DNA from: an uncultured Planctomycetota bacterium
GTDB lineage: Bacteria > Planctomycetota > Planctomycetia > Isosphaerales > Isosphaeraceae
Length of the DNA stretch: 64,000 bases
Reading direction: 5' to 3'
Assembly: GCA_963737655.1 (NCBI GenBank)
Contig: CAVTTN010000002.1
Coordinates: 3,008,001-3,072,000, forward strand
Position numbers and translations under genes: made by a program. The notes beneath the pieces are model-generated. The model was not told where the DNA came from. It did not search any database and saw only the letters and a program-made list of their open reading frames with translations. Of the stretch, positions 34,108 through 45,700 are shown piece by piece; the stretch's first letter is position 1; each line of letters begins with the position of its first letter.

Positions 34108-35961
34108 CTAGCGGGCGAAGTTCAGGCCCGGATCTTGCGCGGGAGAGCTGACGAGGCGGAAGTTGAAGTGGTCCGCGTCCTTCCAGGCGAGGTTGCCGGC
34201 GAGTGCGCCGTCCTGCCCGGTCTTGGCGGCGAGGGAGAGGACGCCGTCGGTGAGCGACGACGAGCCGGCGATGGTCGAGGCCGGCTTGCCCGGCCCGGCC
34301 GCGGTCCAGGTGAAGCCGCCGTCATCGCCAATCACCAGGGTGATCTTGGCTCCCGGGACCGGCTGGGCGGTCCAGGTCCCCGCCAGCTTGCCCTCGGGGC
34401 CCGGAGCGGCGGCCGAAGCCGGCGCGGAGGCGGGCTCGGGCGATCCGGCCGGGTGGTACTGCGCGACGAGCTGGGCCGAGAGGGTGTCTCCGGGCTGGAG
34501 CTTCGTGATCTCGCGGAACTGGCGGACGGCGTTCTCGTCCTGGCCCTCGCACAGGTAGATGTAACCGAGGACGAACCGGGCCGGCGCGGAGTTGCGATTG
34601 GCGCCGACATAGGCCTCCAGCTGGCGGAGCTGGGTGGTGAACGTGGCCACGTCGGGGTACATGCCGCTGAGGGTCGTCCAGTCCCAGCCGGGCCCGACCG
34701 ACAGGACCGCGTAGAGCGGGGCGGCGGCCTGCTCATACTTGCCCTGGGCGAAGAGGGTCAGCGCGAGGAACTGATGGGCGGTCGGATCGTTGGGAGACTG
34801 GGCCAGGGCCTGCTGATCGAGCGTGAGGGCCTGGTCGTAGTTGCCCGCCATGAACGCCTGGCGGGCCCCGTCGAAGGCGGAAGCGGCGGAATCGGCCGCG
34901 GCCGGTTCGGGGGGAGGCGCCGTGGTGCTGATCGGCTGCGAGTAATTCGAGGCCTGGGCCGGCGCGTCGCCTTGCTGGGGAGCGTTCGCATTGACCTGGG
35001 CGTTGCCGCCACCGCCACCGCCGCCGCCGCCGCCAGGATATCCGCCCGAATAGGGGTTGCTGTAGTTCGAGTAGCCCCAGCCGTATTGAGGAGAGCCGGT
35101 GCCCCAGGCCCCGACCCCGCCGTAACCCATCGGGTAACCGCCCATCCCCCACGCACCGGAGTTGTTGTTCCAGGAGTTGGCGCCCACGGAGGCGCCGAGG
35201 GCCGCGGCTCCGAGGTTCGAATAGTTGTTGTTGCGATTCGCGTAATTCGCCCCGGCGGCGGCCCCAACGGCCCCGGCGCCGTTGTTCGGAAGGTAGCCGT
35301 TGTTGCGATTTGAGTAGCCCGCGCCCGCCGCCGCTCCGACGGCCCCGGCGCCGTTGTTCGGCAGGGTCGAATTGTTGCGGTTGGCGTAGCCCGCGCCCGC
35401 GGCGGCGGCGCCGTTGTTCGGGAGCGTCGAGTTGTTGCGGTTGGCGTACCCGGCGCCCGCGGCGGCTGCCCCGTTGTTGGGCAAAGTGGAGCTATTCCGG
35501 TTTTCATAGCCGGCGCCGGCGGCGGCGGCCCCATTATTGGGGAGGGTCGATTTGTTGTTCTTGTTCTCGTAGCCGGCGCCGGCTGCGGCGGCCCCATTAT
35601 TGGGGAGGGTCGATTTGTTGTTCTTGTTGGATGCCCCCGCGCCGGCGGCCGCCGCCCCTGCGTTGGGATAGCTGGAGCCGTTGCGGCTGCCTCCGCTCCC
35701 GCCGGACGGGTACTGCCTCTGGCCCGAGGAGCCGCCCGCCGACGGCGGGCGGGGCTGGCTGAACGACGGCGAGTGTCCCATCGACGAGCCTCCCATCTGT
35801 CCCCCGCCGTAGCCCCCGCGCTCGCCTCCGCCGCCGCCTCGCTCGCCGCCTCCTCCGCTGTATCCGCCGCGACCGCCACCGCGACCCGCCAGGACGTCTC
35901 CGGGGTAGGCCGCCAGCGTTGCGGCGAGGACCAGGGCCGATCTCCACAGATTGCGATTCAT
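34108..35961 (-). CDS. Exported Gly/Asn/Ala-rich repeat protein with TPR domain
   Basis: Signal peptide, RGG-rich start, LPNNGAAAAGAGY repeats, TPR region ARQAFMAGNYDQAL..VLSVGPGWDWTTL. Confidence 0.8.
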   Translation of the reverse strand: MNRNLWRSALVLAATLAAYPGDVLAGRGGGRGGYSGGGGERGGGGGERGGYGGGQMGGSSMGHSPSFSQPRPPSAGGSSGQRQYPSGGSGGSRNGSSYPNAGAAAAGAGASNKNNKSTLPNNGAAAAGAGYENKNNKSTLPNNGAAAAGAGYENRNSSTLPNNGAAAAGAGYANRNNSTLPNNGAAAAGAGYANRNNSTLPNNGAGAVGAAAGAGYSNRNNGYLPNNGAGAVGAAAGANYANRNNNYSNLGAAALGASVGANSWNNNSGAWGMGGYPMGYGGVGAWGTGSPQYGWGYSNYSNPYSGGYPGGGGGGGGGGNAQVNANAPQQGDAPAQASNYSQPISTTAPPPEPAAADSAASAFDGARQAFMAGNYDQALTLDQQALAQSPNDPTAHQFLALTLFAQGKYEQAAAPLYAVLSVGPGWDWTTLSGMYPDVATFTTQLRQLEAYVGANRNSAPARFVLGYIYLCEGQDENAVRQFREITKLQPGDTLSAQLVAQYHPAGSPEPASAPASAAAPGPEGKLAGTWTAQPVPGAKITLVIGDDGGFTWTAAGPGKPASTIAGSSSLTDGVLSLAAKTGQDGALAGNLAWKDADHFNFRLVSSPAQDPGLNFAR

Positions 35962-36012
35962 GATGCGAATCCTCGATGAGGGAAGTTCGTTGGGGAATGA
36001 CTCGGCCGGGAG

Positions 36013-36963
36013 TTACTTCCCGGCCTCGGGCGCCTTGCGGACGATCGTGAACTCGTCGATCCCCGGGATCGCGGCACCTCCCAGGGTCCGATCCAGCGAC
36101 TGCCAGCTCGCGCGATCCTTGCCCAGCTTCGTGATGATGTTGGTGGCCGAGGCGTGAAGGCCGTCCTGCCGGACCCCCTCCGCCTTGATCACCCAGCGGT
36201 CGCCGTCCCGGGTCCAGTATCCCTCGCCGAACCCGCCCTCGGAGTCGAAGATCCACATCTTGAACTGGCTGCGGACCGGGTCCCAGCCGATCCTCTGCGT
36301 TCCCGAGAGGACCGCCTCGCCCTTGGTCTTCATCGTGAACTCACGGACCAGGAAGTTTCCGTCGGCGGTCCACTTGCACGTGGTCTGCACCAGCGCGTCC
36401 TGACTCTCGTTGATCCAGTCGCCGACCATCCATTCCAACGCCTTGAGCCGGTCGTGGGCGGTGAGTTCCTTGGAGGTCTCGTCGCGGACTGCGGATTGGA
36501 GCCAATGTCCCCGAATTTTCACGTAGATGGCCGTGAATCGAGTGATCTCGGGGGCACCCTTGCCTTCCTCGGGCTTGATCGTGGCTCGGCCCTCTTCCAG
36601 GGCCGTCTCCGGGCCGAGGAAACGGAAGGATTCGACCCGGAGCTCGATCTTGTGGCCGGGATTCTCGGCGAAGCTCGCGGCGTATTGCTCCTGGATCGCG
36701 GCGCGGCCTTCGATCCGTTCACCCTCTTCGCCAACGACGATCGCGGTTTCCGTGTAGGTCGCGGCGGCGGCGGCGGCGTCTCCCGCGTTGAAGGCTCGCG
36801 TGAACTCGTCGCGAAGGGCGTGGATGGCCTTCGCGTCCTCGCTCCGGTCCTCGGCCGCGGGCTTCGATGCCGGGGTCGAGGGGGCGGGCCTGGTTTCCTG
36901 GGCGATCAGGTCGTCGCCGATCGCGAAGGTCGCGACGGCAAGCATCAAGGAGACCTTCATCAT
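36013..36963 (-). CDS. Exported NTF2-like (SgcJ/EcaC, DUF4440) protein
   Basis: Signal peptide; AIHAL..FTRAFNAGDA, GRAAI, LEWMVGDW, IGWDP..WIFDSEGGFGEG. Confidence 0.82.
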   Translation of the reverse strand: MMKVSLMLAVATFAIGDDLIAQETRPAPSTPASKPAAEDRSEDAKAIHALRDEFTRAFNAGDAAAAAATYTETAIVVGEEGERIEGRAAIQEQYAASFAENPGHKIELRVESFRFLGPETALEEGRATIKPEEGKGAPEITRFTAIYVKIRGHWLQSAVRDETSKELTAHDRLKALEWMVGDWINESQDALVQTTCKWTADGNFLVREFTMKTKGEAVLSGTQRIGWDPVRSQFKMWIFDSEGGFGEGYWTRDGDRWVIKAEGVRQDGLHASATNIITKLGKDRASWQSLDRTLGGAAIPGIDEFTIVRKAPEAGK

Positions 36964-37562
36964 CGGCGTCTTCCCTCATCCAAGAGGGACGGTCCGTCTC
37001 CGGGTCAGCCCTCGTTCGTCGCGAGGAGAGATCCTGACCTTGAGGCGGAGCGTCTGGGGATGTCAAGTAGGGCGTGGGGCGATCGGCCCGGGGTGATCGA
37101 CTCAGCGAGAACCTTGTTCAGGACGAACCGCCCCAGGGGGGTAGGGAATCGGCTTCGATGTCCCATGCAAGTAGGGCAAATTATCGTCCCGCAGCAACAT
37201 GAATGCAAGAGGGCGGCGGACCCGATTCCCGCGGAGGGTACAGTGCCGATCCCCGCTCGACTCGCCGCAAACCGGGGATGGGCCGTGGGGGGCTTTCCCG
37301 GCGCCGGCCTCCCTTCCATGAGTGGCTCCGCCCGACGAGAAAAGGAACAGTCCCCGGAGAACGAGCGGGCCGGGTCATGCAGAATCGGGCCGATCCTGAT
37401 ACAGTCGTGGAGAGAAGGGCCGAGGCTCGCCCGGCCGCGAAGGGTTCACGGATAACCCCCCGGACGAGATCCGTCGGCTCGGCCGGGCACTGCGGAGTCC
37501 TGCCGCCGTCCGCTCGGGCCGTGTCGTGTCGTCGGGAAACCGACTCGGGGAGGCCGCTGCAG

Positions 37563-40421
37563 ATGATCGGGAATCCCAGGCCGATGCGCTATGCGGTCGC
37601 CACTCTTGCCGTGGCGCTGGCGATCGGCCCGTTGTTCCTGCCGGGTCTCGGGCAGGGTATGGGGGGTGTCTTGCTGTTCGGCGTCCTGATCGCCGCCTGG
37701 TACGGTGGGCTGGGCCCGGGGATCTGGGCCAGCCTCCTGGTCCCGGCGATCCTCGTCGCGTTCTTCCGTGCGGCCGGCGTGACGATCCCGACCTGGCAGA
37801 TCTGGTCCTTCGGCATCTTCGTGGCCCTGGGCGGGCTGATCTCGGTGATTTTCGAGTCCCTCCATGCGGCCCAGAGGCGGTCCGAGGCGAACCGAAGGTG
37901 GCTCTCGGCGGTCCTGACCAGCATCGGCGACGCCGTGATCGCCACCGATCGCCGAGGGGCCGTCGTCTTCATGAACCCGGTCGCCCAGGCCCTGACCGGC
38001 TGGGACCCGGAGGAGGCGTCCGGCCGCCCTCTGCCCGAGGTCTTCCGACTCCTGTCCGAGGACACCAAGGAACCCGTCGAGGACCCGGTCGGGCGCGTCC
38101 TCCGCGACGGCGCGATCGTGGGCCTCGGCAACCATGCCCTCCTGATCGGCCGGGACGGATCGGAACATCCGGTCGCCGATCGGGCGGCGCCGATCCGAGG
38201 CGCCTCGACCGACATCTCGGGCGCCGTCCTCGTCTTCCGCGACGTGGCGGAGCAGAAGCAGGCCGAACGGCGAGTCGCCCTCCTGGCCGAGGCCGGGCGT
38301 CTCCTGGGCTCCTCCCTGGAAGAAGAGACGATCCTGCGGAGCGTGCACGATCTCGTCGTCGCGACCTTCGCGGACCGCTGCGCCCTGACGATCCAGGACG
38401 AGCGAGGTGCCCTCCGTCACCTGGCCGACACTCCAGGCGATTCCCACGAGCCGAAGTCGTGCCGCGATCTCTCCTGGCAGGCTCCCCCGGCCGAGGCCGA
38501 CGACCTGGGCTTGCGGCAAGTCCTCCTGGGCGGCGAGCCGGTCTTGCTCGCGGATTCTTCCGAGTTGGCCCCGGGCCAGTCGAGGCCGAGGATCGCGCCC
38601 GCCGGAGGTTCCGTCCTGATCCTCCCCATAAACGCCCGGGGCCGGACGATTGGGGCCATGACGCTCCTCAACAACCGCCCTTCCCGACCATTCGAGAAGG
38701 AAGACCTGCGGGTCGCCCTGGACCTGGCGTCCCGGATCGGCCTGGCCATCGAGAACGCCCGGCTTTTCTCGGAACGTGAGCAAGCGGCACGGAAGCGGGA
38801 GGAAGCCCTGTCCCTCCACCGGAGCGTGGAGGAGCAATTGACCGTGCTCGTCGAGGCCTCGGGCAGCCTGAGCGCCTCGCTCGACCCGCCCTCGGTCCTC
38901 TCCGCGGTCCTCGCCCTGTCGCGGAGGCTGATCGACTCGGACGCCCACGCGATCTGGCGACAGGATACCGCGACGGGCTCCTGGGGGATCGGCCACAGCT
39001 CGGGCCTTTCCGAGGAGTATCGCGAATCGACGATCCGCAGGCTCCGGGACGTGGCCAGGATGCCCGAAGTCCCGATCGTCGCCGATGACGTCATGGATGT
39101 TCCCCTGCTCGGGGCTCGGGAGCACGCGTACCGCAAGGAGGGGATCTGTTCCCTGCTCGCCGTCCCCTTGAGGGTCCGGGACCGGAACAGCGGGACCCTG
39201 GTGTTCTATTACCGAACGCCTCATCGCTTCACGGAGGTTGAAGTCCGGGTGGCCACGGCGCTCTCGAACATCTCGGCCGCCGCGATCGGGACGTCGGAGC
39301 TTTACGAGGAGCTGAAGGACCATGATCGCCGCAAGGACGAGTTCCTCGCGATGCTGGCCCACGAGCTCCGAAATCCTCTGGCCGCGGTGAGCAACGCGGT
39401 CTCCGTCCTCCGGAGCCCCGGCGACACCGAGGGCCGCGCCTGGGCGAGCGAGGTCATCGCCCGGCAGGTTCGGCATCTCACCCGATTGATCGACGACTTG
39501 CTGGACGTGTCGCGGATCACTCGGGGCAAGATCCGCCTCCGCCGGGGTTTCGTCGATGCCTCGTCGATCCTCGATCAGGCCGTGGAGACCGTCCGTCCCC
39601 TGATGGAGGAACGGATGCACTCGCTGCTGATCTCGATCGAGAGGGGGCGCTCCCGCTCTGGGTCGATTCGGCCAGGCTCGAACAGATCGTCGTCAACCTG
39701 CTGACCAATGCGGCGAAATACACCGATTCCGGAGGGCGAATCTGGCTGATCGCCGGACGAGAAGGCGAGCACGTGGCCATCACCGTCCGCGACACGGGCA
39801 TCGGCATCCCTCCGGAAAAGCTCCCCGAAATGTTCCAGCTTTTCGCGCAGGGGGAGCGCTCCATCGCTCGCTCGGAGGGAGGGGCTCGGGATCGGCCTGA
39901 CGGTCGTGCAGATGCTCGCCGAAATGCACGGGGGGAGCGTCTCGGCGACGAGCCGAGGACCGGGCGAGGGAAGCGAGTTTACCGTCCGGCTGCCGATCGC
40001 CCGGGAGGCGGAATCGGAGAGTTCGGAGGCCCCGAGCCCGCCGAACCGATCGGGTCGGTGTTCGCGGATCCTGGTCGTCGATGACAGCATCGACACGGCC
40101 CGGGGCATGGTCCGCCTCCTCAAGCTCCTCGGGCACGAGGTCGCGGTGGCCCACGACGGCCCCTCGGCCGTCGAGTTGGCCCGAGGGTTCGGCCCCGCGT
40201 TCATCCTTCTCGATATCGGCCTACCCGGGATGAATGGATACGAGGTGGCCGAGACGCTTCGACGCGACCCCGGCTCGAAGGACGCCATCATCATCGGAGT
40301 CTCGGGCTATGGCCGGGATGAGGACCGTCGGCGATCGGAGGCCGCCGGCTTCAATCACCACCTGGTCAAGCCGGTCGATTTCGACGCGCTCGTCTCGCTC
40401 CTGGCCGCGAGCATCGGCTAG
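37563..40421 (+). CDS. Hybrid sensor histidine kinase: TM sensor, PAS, two GAF, HisKA, HATPase, receiver (frameshifts near 39645 and 39880)
   Basis: SIGDAVIATD..MNPVAQALTGW; FLAMLAHELRNPL; NLLTNAAKYT, DTGIGI; ILVVDD..LDIGLPGMNGYEVA..KPVD; start uncertain. Confidence 0.9.
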
Positions 40422-40521
40422 GAGACGCCCCTTGACGTGAGCCGCATCGGCTCCCTAATCGGAGCAACCGGATCGTGTACCGAATCCCATTCCAAAGTCA
40501 GCTTCGATGGACGCAAGTCAG

Positions 40522-40594
40522 TGGAGCGGAAGGGGATCGAACCCTCAACCTCAGCATTGCGAACGCTGCGCTCTCCCAATTGAGCTACCGCCCC
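40522..40594 (-). tRNA. tRNA-Ala (anticodon CGC), CCA not encoded
   Basis: GGGGCGGTAGCTCAATTGGGAGAGCGCAGCGTTCGCAATGCTGAGGTTGAGGGTTCGATCCCCTTCCGCTCCA; G3:U70 pair, TTCGA T-loop. Confidence 0.96.
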
Positions 40595-40764
40595 AACGAG
40601 GGTCCATGCAGCATAACGGCCCGCCGAGGGCGATTCAAGACGCACTGACCCAGATTGCTGGCCTGTCGGGCGGTGATGAACCCCGGAAGGGTCCCGCCTC
40701 GTGGCGGTTTCGAGCCGTGGTTTCGAAGATCATCCACAGCATTTAGGCTGGCCTCGCTCCCGAG

Positions 40765-41925
40765 GTGGCCGATTCCTCCTTCGATGGGCCCTCGATGACG
40801 CTGACCGTCTGCATCCTGACTCGAAACGACGAGGCCACGCTGGGCCGGGCCGTGGAATCGGTCCTCGGAGTGGCCGATCAGGTCGTGGTGGCCGATACCG
40901 GCTCGACCGACCGGACTTCGGCCGAGGCCGCCCGCGGAGGGGCCGATTTCGTCGAAATCCCCTGGGACGACGACTTCTCCGAGGGTCGGAATCGCGCCAT
41001 CGCCCGGGCCCGCGGGGACTGGATTCTGTGGCTGAACCCGGATGAGGAGTGGCTCGCGCCGGACCGGCCGACCCTGGATCGCCAGACGGCCGATCCGTCG
41101 GTCTTCGGTCGGCTCGCGACGATCCGCAACGTCTTCGAGTCGCGATCGCCGGATCAGTTCAGCGAGACTTTGGATCTTCGTCTCTTCCGCAACCGGCCAG
41201 ACCTCCGTTTCGAGGGCCGATTGTATCCCAGGCTGGCCGAGGAGGTTGTGGAGACGGTCCGGCGAGCGAGCCAGACGGTTTCCCCCGGCGAGCCGGGCCT
41301 CACGATCCGATCGTGGTCGCCCGCTCTGGAGACTTCCGAAGAAAAGCTGCGATGGACGACTCGCCTCCTGAGCAGGGAACTCCGCGACCGACCCGGCCGT
41401 CTGCCTTACTTGATCGAATATGGCCGGGCCTTGCTCTTGCTGAACGACCCGAACGGCCACCTGGTCTTCGGCGAGGCCGCCGAGCAGGTGGCCTTGAGGT
41501 CGGCCGACCCTCAACCGCCCTCGTCCAAGGTCCAGATGCTCCTGGAATACCTCATCGAGGCGCCGCCGGGCCTCGTCCGAGGTCCGATGACCCGGGAACA
41601 GGCGATTCGGATGGTCGTTCGATGGTTCCCGAATAGCCCGGGACCGCTCTGGACGCTCGCCGGTTGGCACTACCGTCGGGGGGAGTATCGCGAGGCGGGT
41701 GGCCCCCTCGAACGTCTCGTCGAACTCGGGGCCACCGGGGCGTACGACCGATCTCGGCCGTTCAACCCGGCCATCGTCGGCGGTCAGGCGGCGTTGAACC
41801 TGGCCTCCTGCTATGCCCGGCTCGGCCGTCCCGACGACGCCGAGGCCCTGTTGCGTCAGCTCCTCGTCATTCCCGAGTACTCGGCCGTCGCCGCGAAAAA
41901 TCTCGGGCTCCTCGGCCGGCCCTGA
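40765..41925 (+). CDS. Family 2 glycosyltransferase with C-terminal TPR
   Basis: LTVCILTRND..VVADTGSTDRT..WDDDFSEGRNRA..DWILWLNPDE..RLFRN; start may be ATG 40795. Confidence 0.85.
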   Translation: MADSSFDGPSMTLTVCILTRNDEATLGRAVESVLGVADQVVVADTGSTDRTSAEAARGGADFVEIPWDDDFSEGRNRAIARARGDWILWLNPDEEWLAPDRPTLDRQTADPSVFGRLATIRNVFESRSPDQFSETLDLRLFRNRPDLRFEGRLYPRLAEEVVETVRRASQTVSPGEPGLTIRSWSPALETSEEKLRWTTRLLSRELRDRPGRLPYLIEYGRALLLLNDPNGHLVFGEAAEQVALRSADPQPPSSKVQMLLEYLIEAPPGLVRGPMTREQAIRMVVRWFPNSPGPLWTLAGWHYRRGEYREAGGPLERLVELGATGAYDRSRPFNPAIVGGQAALNLASCYARLGRPDDAEALLRQLLVIPEYSAVAAKNLGLLGRP

Positions 41926-42437
41926 TCGGACCCCGGACGAATCTCGCCGGTCGGGACCTCGGGGCGACTCGGCCGGGAAGAGGCGGACCCCGGATTTCGC
42001 CGGGCCCCCCGTCCCGTCCACGCCTGGGCGACGGGATTGCGACGGCCGATGACTCTCGGCCTCGGCGCTTGCCGTGACGGAGCAGGGCTTTTCCCGGGCC
42101 CTTTCGCGGATGGAATCGGTTTCTCGGCGGGAAGCCCGCGATCGTCATAACTCGATGCCCCACGTCGAGATCTCGACGTGGTCGTCGGCTGCCACCTGAC
42201 GCATCGAGGCGCCTCGGGCGTGCTCCGCGATCGGCACGGGAAGGTTTGCGCCGGCCCCCGGACCCGACCGTCTCTCAGGCGGACGGGGAACCCGGGGCGA
42301 ACCGGCGCGCCTACCGCGATCCAGACATTGTCAAGGGATTCGTGACCGCGAATCGGGCGCACCGTGAGGGATGATTGGGTGTCAAATTAGGTGTTTTGGA
42401 AATTCTGGGATATTTTATTGAACCATGGGGAAAAGTC

Positions 42438-42466
42438 TTGACTGAGAGGATTAGGCGGATTATACG
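42438..42466 (+). promoter_or_regulatory. Candidate sigma70 promoter for the adhesin
   Basis: TTGACT-17 nt-TATACG within an AT-rich stretch (42375-42490). Confidence 0.45.
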
Positions 42467-42723
42467 TTACAGCCATCTTGTGATGAATTCACAAGAGCGG
42501 AACGAAGTGTTCGAAACCGATCGGGGAAGATCGGTGGGGCGGCGGGGCATGGTGGCCCCTGGATGGGCATCCCTCGCGATCGTCGGGGTCGGGGTGTAGG
42601 CCGTCGGTCGAGCCAGCCGGAATCAGGCGCGGGTGTCGCGCTTGGGTCGCTTGCGCGCGCTGCCAGGGCTGTTTGACCAGGCCGGGGCGAAGTCGCTGAT
42701 CTCTCTACATTGAGGTGCTACCA

Positions 42724-45700
42724 ATGTCTCGCGATTCCAAGAGCGGTCTCTTCACTCGTTCGAGCCGGGGGCGGACGACGACGCGTCGGGCATCGCCGGC
42801 GAAGCGGCTGGCCTTCGGGCTGTCGCCGAAGATCGAAGACCTGGAAGCCAGGCGGCTCCTTGCGACGCTGACCTGGACCGGTACTCTTGCCGCCGGCAAC
42901 GGCGCGATGAACATGTTCGACTCCGGCACGAACAACGTGAGCACGAACTGGGACACCAACACCTTCCCCGTGAGCGGCGACACCCTGGTCTTCCCCGACG
43001 CGGCCCAGTACAAGGGGCCGATCGTCAATGACACCGCGGCGGACACGCCGTATGTCCTGCACTTCACGGGGTCCGGCTTCACGATCAACGGCAACGAGAT
43101 CGTCCTGGCGACCTCGGCGTCGCTGAAGGATATGAGCACCACGACGCCGCTCAACACCCTGGCGACCCCGCTCCAGCTCGAGGCCAATCCGACGATCACC
43201 GTCTCGACGACCGGGCACACCCTCAGCCTGACCGGGGCCATCAGCCAGTCGGGCGGGACGTTCGGCCTGGCCAAGAACGGGACGGGGACGCTGTCCTTCG
43301 ACGGCTCGGCGGTGAACACCTACGCCGGCAACACGGCGATCCTCAACGGGATCCTCCAGGTCGATCGGACCGTGGCGGGCGCCGCGATCCCCGGTGCCAG
43401 TCCTCTGGTGATCGGGTCGGGCTCCAATGGTGTTTCCACGGCCCAGCTCGTGGTGCCCTCGACGGCGACGACGACCCAGTTCGGCTCGGGCCTGGTCGCG
43501 ACGATCCACACCGACGGCCATCTGGAGATCGATTCCGCCTCGTCGGAGACGCTGGCCAGCCTGACCGAGGACGGCCAGGCGTCGGTGAACCTCGGCAATG
43601 CCAGCAAGACTTCCGGCCTGAGTCTCGGGACCCTCAGCTCCTCGGCGACGACCTCCCAGATCAGCAGCTCCGGCGGTGTTCTCAGCCTGAACGGCAAGGT
43701 CTCGGCCCTGACCGGCGCGACGACGATCTCCGCCGACGTCGAATTGAACAACGCGGCCCGATCGATCGTCGTCAGCACCGGCGCGAGCCTGACGATCTCC
43801 GGGGTGATCTCCGATGGGACGGTCACCCCGAGCGGCTTCGCCCTGACCGGGGGCGGGACGCTCACGCTGACCGGGGCGAATACCTTCACCGGCACGGCCA
43901 ACGATAGCGCGAGCACGCTCGCCCTGGCCCAGGCCGGCGGCTTCCCGTCGCTCCTGGGACCGCTGGTCGTCGGCGGTGCCTCGGGCCTGGTCACTGCGAC
44001 CGGGGGCCAACTGAGCAGCGGGCAGCCGCTGACGGTCAACACCGGGGGCACGTTCCGGCTCCTGGGAGCGGCGACCGAGGACGCCACGCCGATTTCGGTG
44101 ACGGGCACCCTGGATACCGGGACCGATCCCACGGCCTCGATCGGCGCCACGGGGCTGATGCTCAACGGCGGAGCGAAGGTGATCGGGTCGGGCACCCTCA
44201 GCCTCCTCGGCGATCTGACCGTCACCGGGGGCACCGCGGCGATCTCCTCGCTGGTCCAACTGAACGACCCGGCTCGCCTCTTTTCTATCGCGACCGGCGC
44301 CACATTGAACGCGTCCGGCGTGATTTCCGACGGATCCACCTCCCCCTCGGGCATCCTCCAGAGCGGCGGGGGTAAGCTGGTCCTCTCCGGGGCCAACACC
44401 TACACCGGCACGACCGAGGTCCTGACCGGGACCCTGAGCCTGGCCAATCCGACCGGGACGTCGATCCTCGGCCCCCTGGTCGTGGGCGATCCCACGACGA
44501 CGACGTCGGCCCTGGCCACCTCCAGCGGCGGCCAGATCGCCGTGGGGGAGCCTCTGACGGTCAACAGTGGCGCCACGTTCCGGCTGAAGAATGGTTCGGA
44601 GTCGCTGGGAGCGACCACGGTCACGGCCGGGACGATCACGATCAACGGGACCTCGCTGGCCCTGACCCCCGGTTCCCTCCTGACCGTCAACGGCGGGACG
44701 ATCGGCGGGACGGGCGCCCTGCTCCTCGCCGAGAACGTCACGTCCGACGGCACGTACGGCCCCTCGACGATCAGCGCCGCCTCGGTCGTCCTCGCCTCGC
44801 CCTCGACCACCTTCACCGTCTTGCCCGGCGCGGCGACGAGCACGGGCGACCTGATCATCAGCAGCCCGATTTCCGACGGCACGCCTCCGTTTTCCTCGCT
44901 CATCAAGGCCGGCACAGGCCGGTTGGTCCTCACCGGGGCGAGCACCTACTCCGACGTGACCAGGCCCGACGGCACGAGCGTGACGGGCGGCGTCCTGGAG
45001 GTCGATGGCTCGATCACCTCGAACGTCCTGCTCGACGGAGGGACGCTCGCGGGGACCGGGACCGTCGGCAACGTCACGTTCGCGACCCCGACGATCATCG
45101 ATCCCGGCACGACTCCCGGGAGCAACGGGACCCTCACGGTCAACAACCTCCACCTCGATTCGACGGACACCTACCACGTCGATATCAACGCGGGCGGCAA
45201 TGACGAGATCATCGTCAAAGGGACGGTCATCCTCGACCCGCCCGTCCTGGACATCGCCCTGAACTTCGATCCGGCGCTCGGCCAGGTCTTCACCCTGATC
45301 GATAACCTCGGGACCGACCCGATCGACGGGACCTTCCTCGTCAAGACGACGAACACGAGCAACGTGTCCGTGGACGTGCCGTTCAAGCAGATCGACGCGA
45401 ACCGGTACCTGCTCAATCCGTCGGCCGATCCGACGATCCTCCGGGGCACGCAGTTCATCCTGAACTACGCCGGAGGGACCGGGAACGACCTGACGCTCAT
45501 GGTCGTGGCGCCCCCGGTGGCGGTGGACGACTCCTACGCTCTGCCGGAGAACGCGGGCCAGCCCGGCAACTCGCCGAGCTCCCCGCCGGTGTTCACCGTC
45601 CCTGCGTTCGCGGGTGTCCTGGCCAACGATGTCGACACGAACCACCTCGGCCTCCAGGCCCAGCTGGTTTCGCCGCCTTATCAGCCCCCGGGCTCGAATC

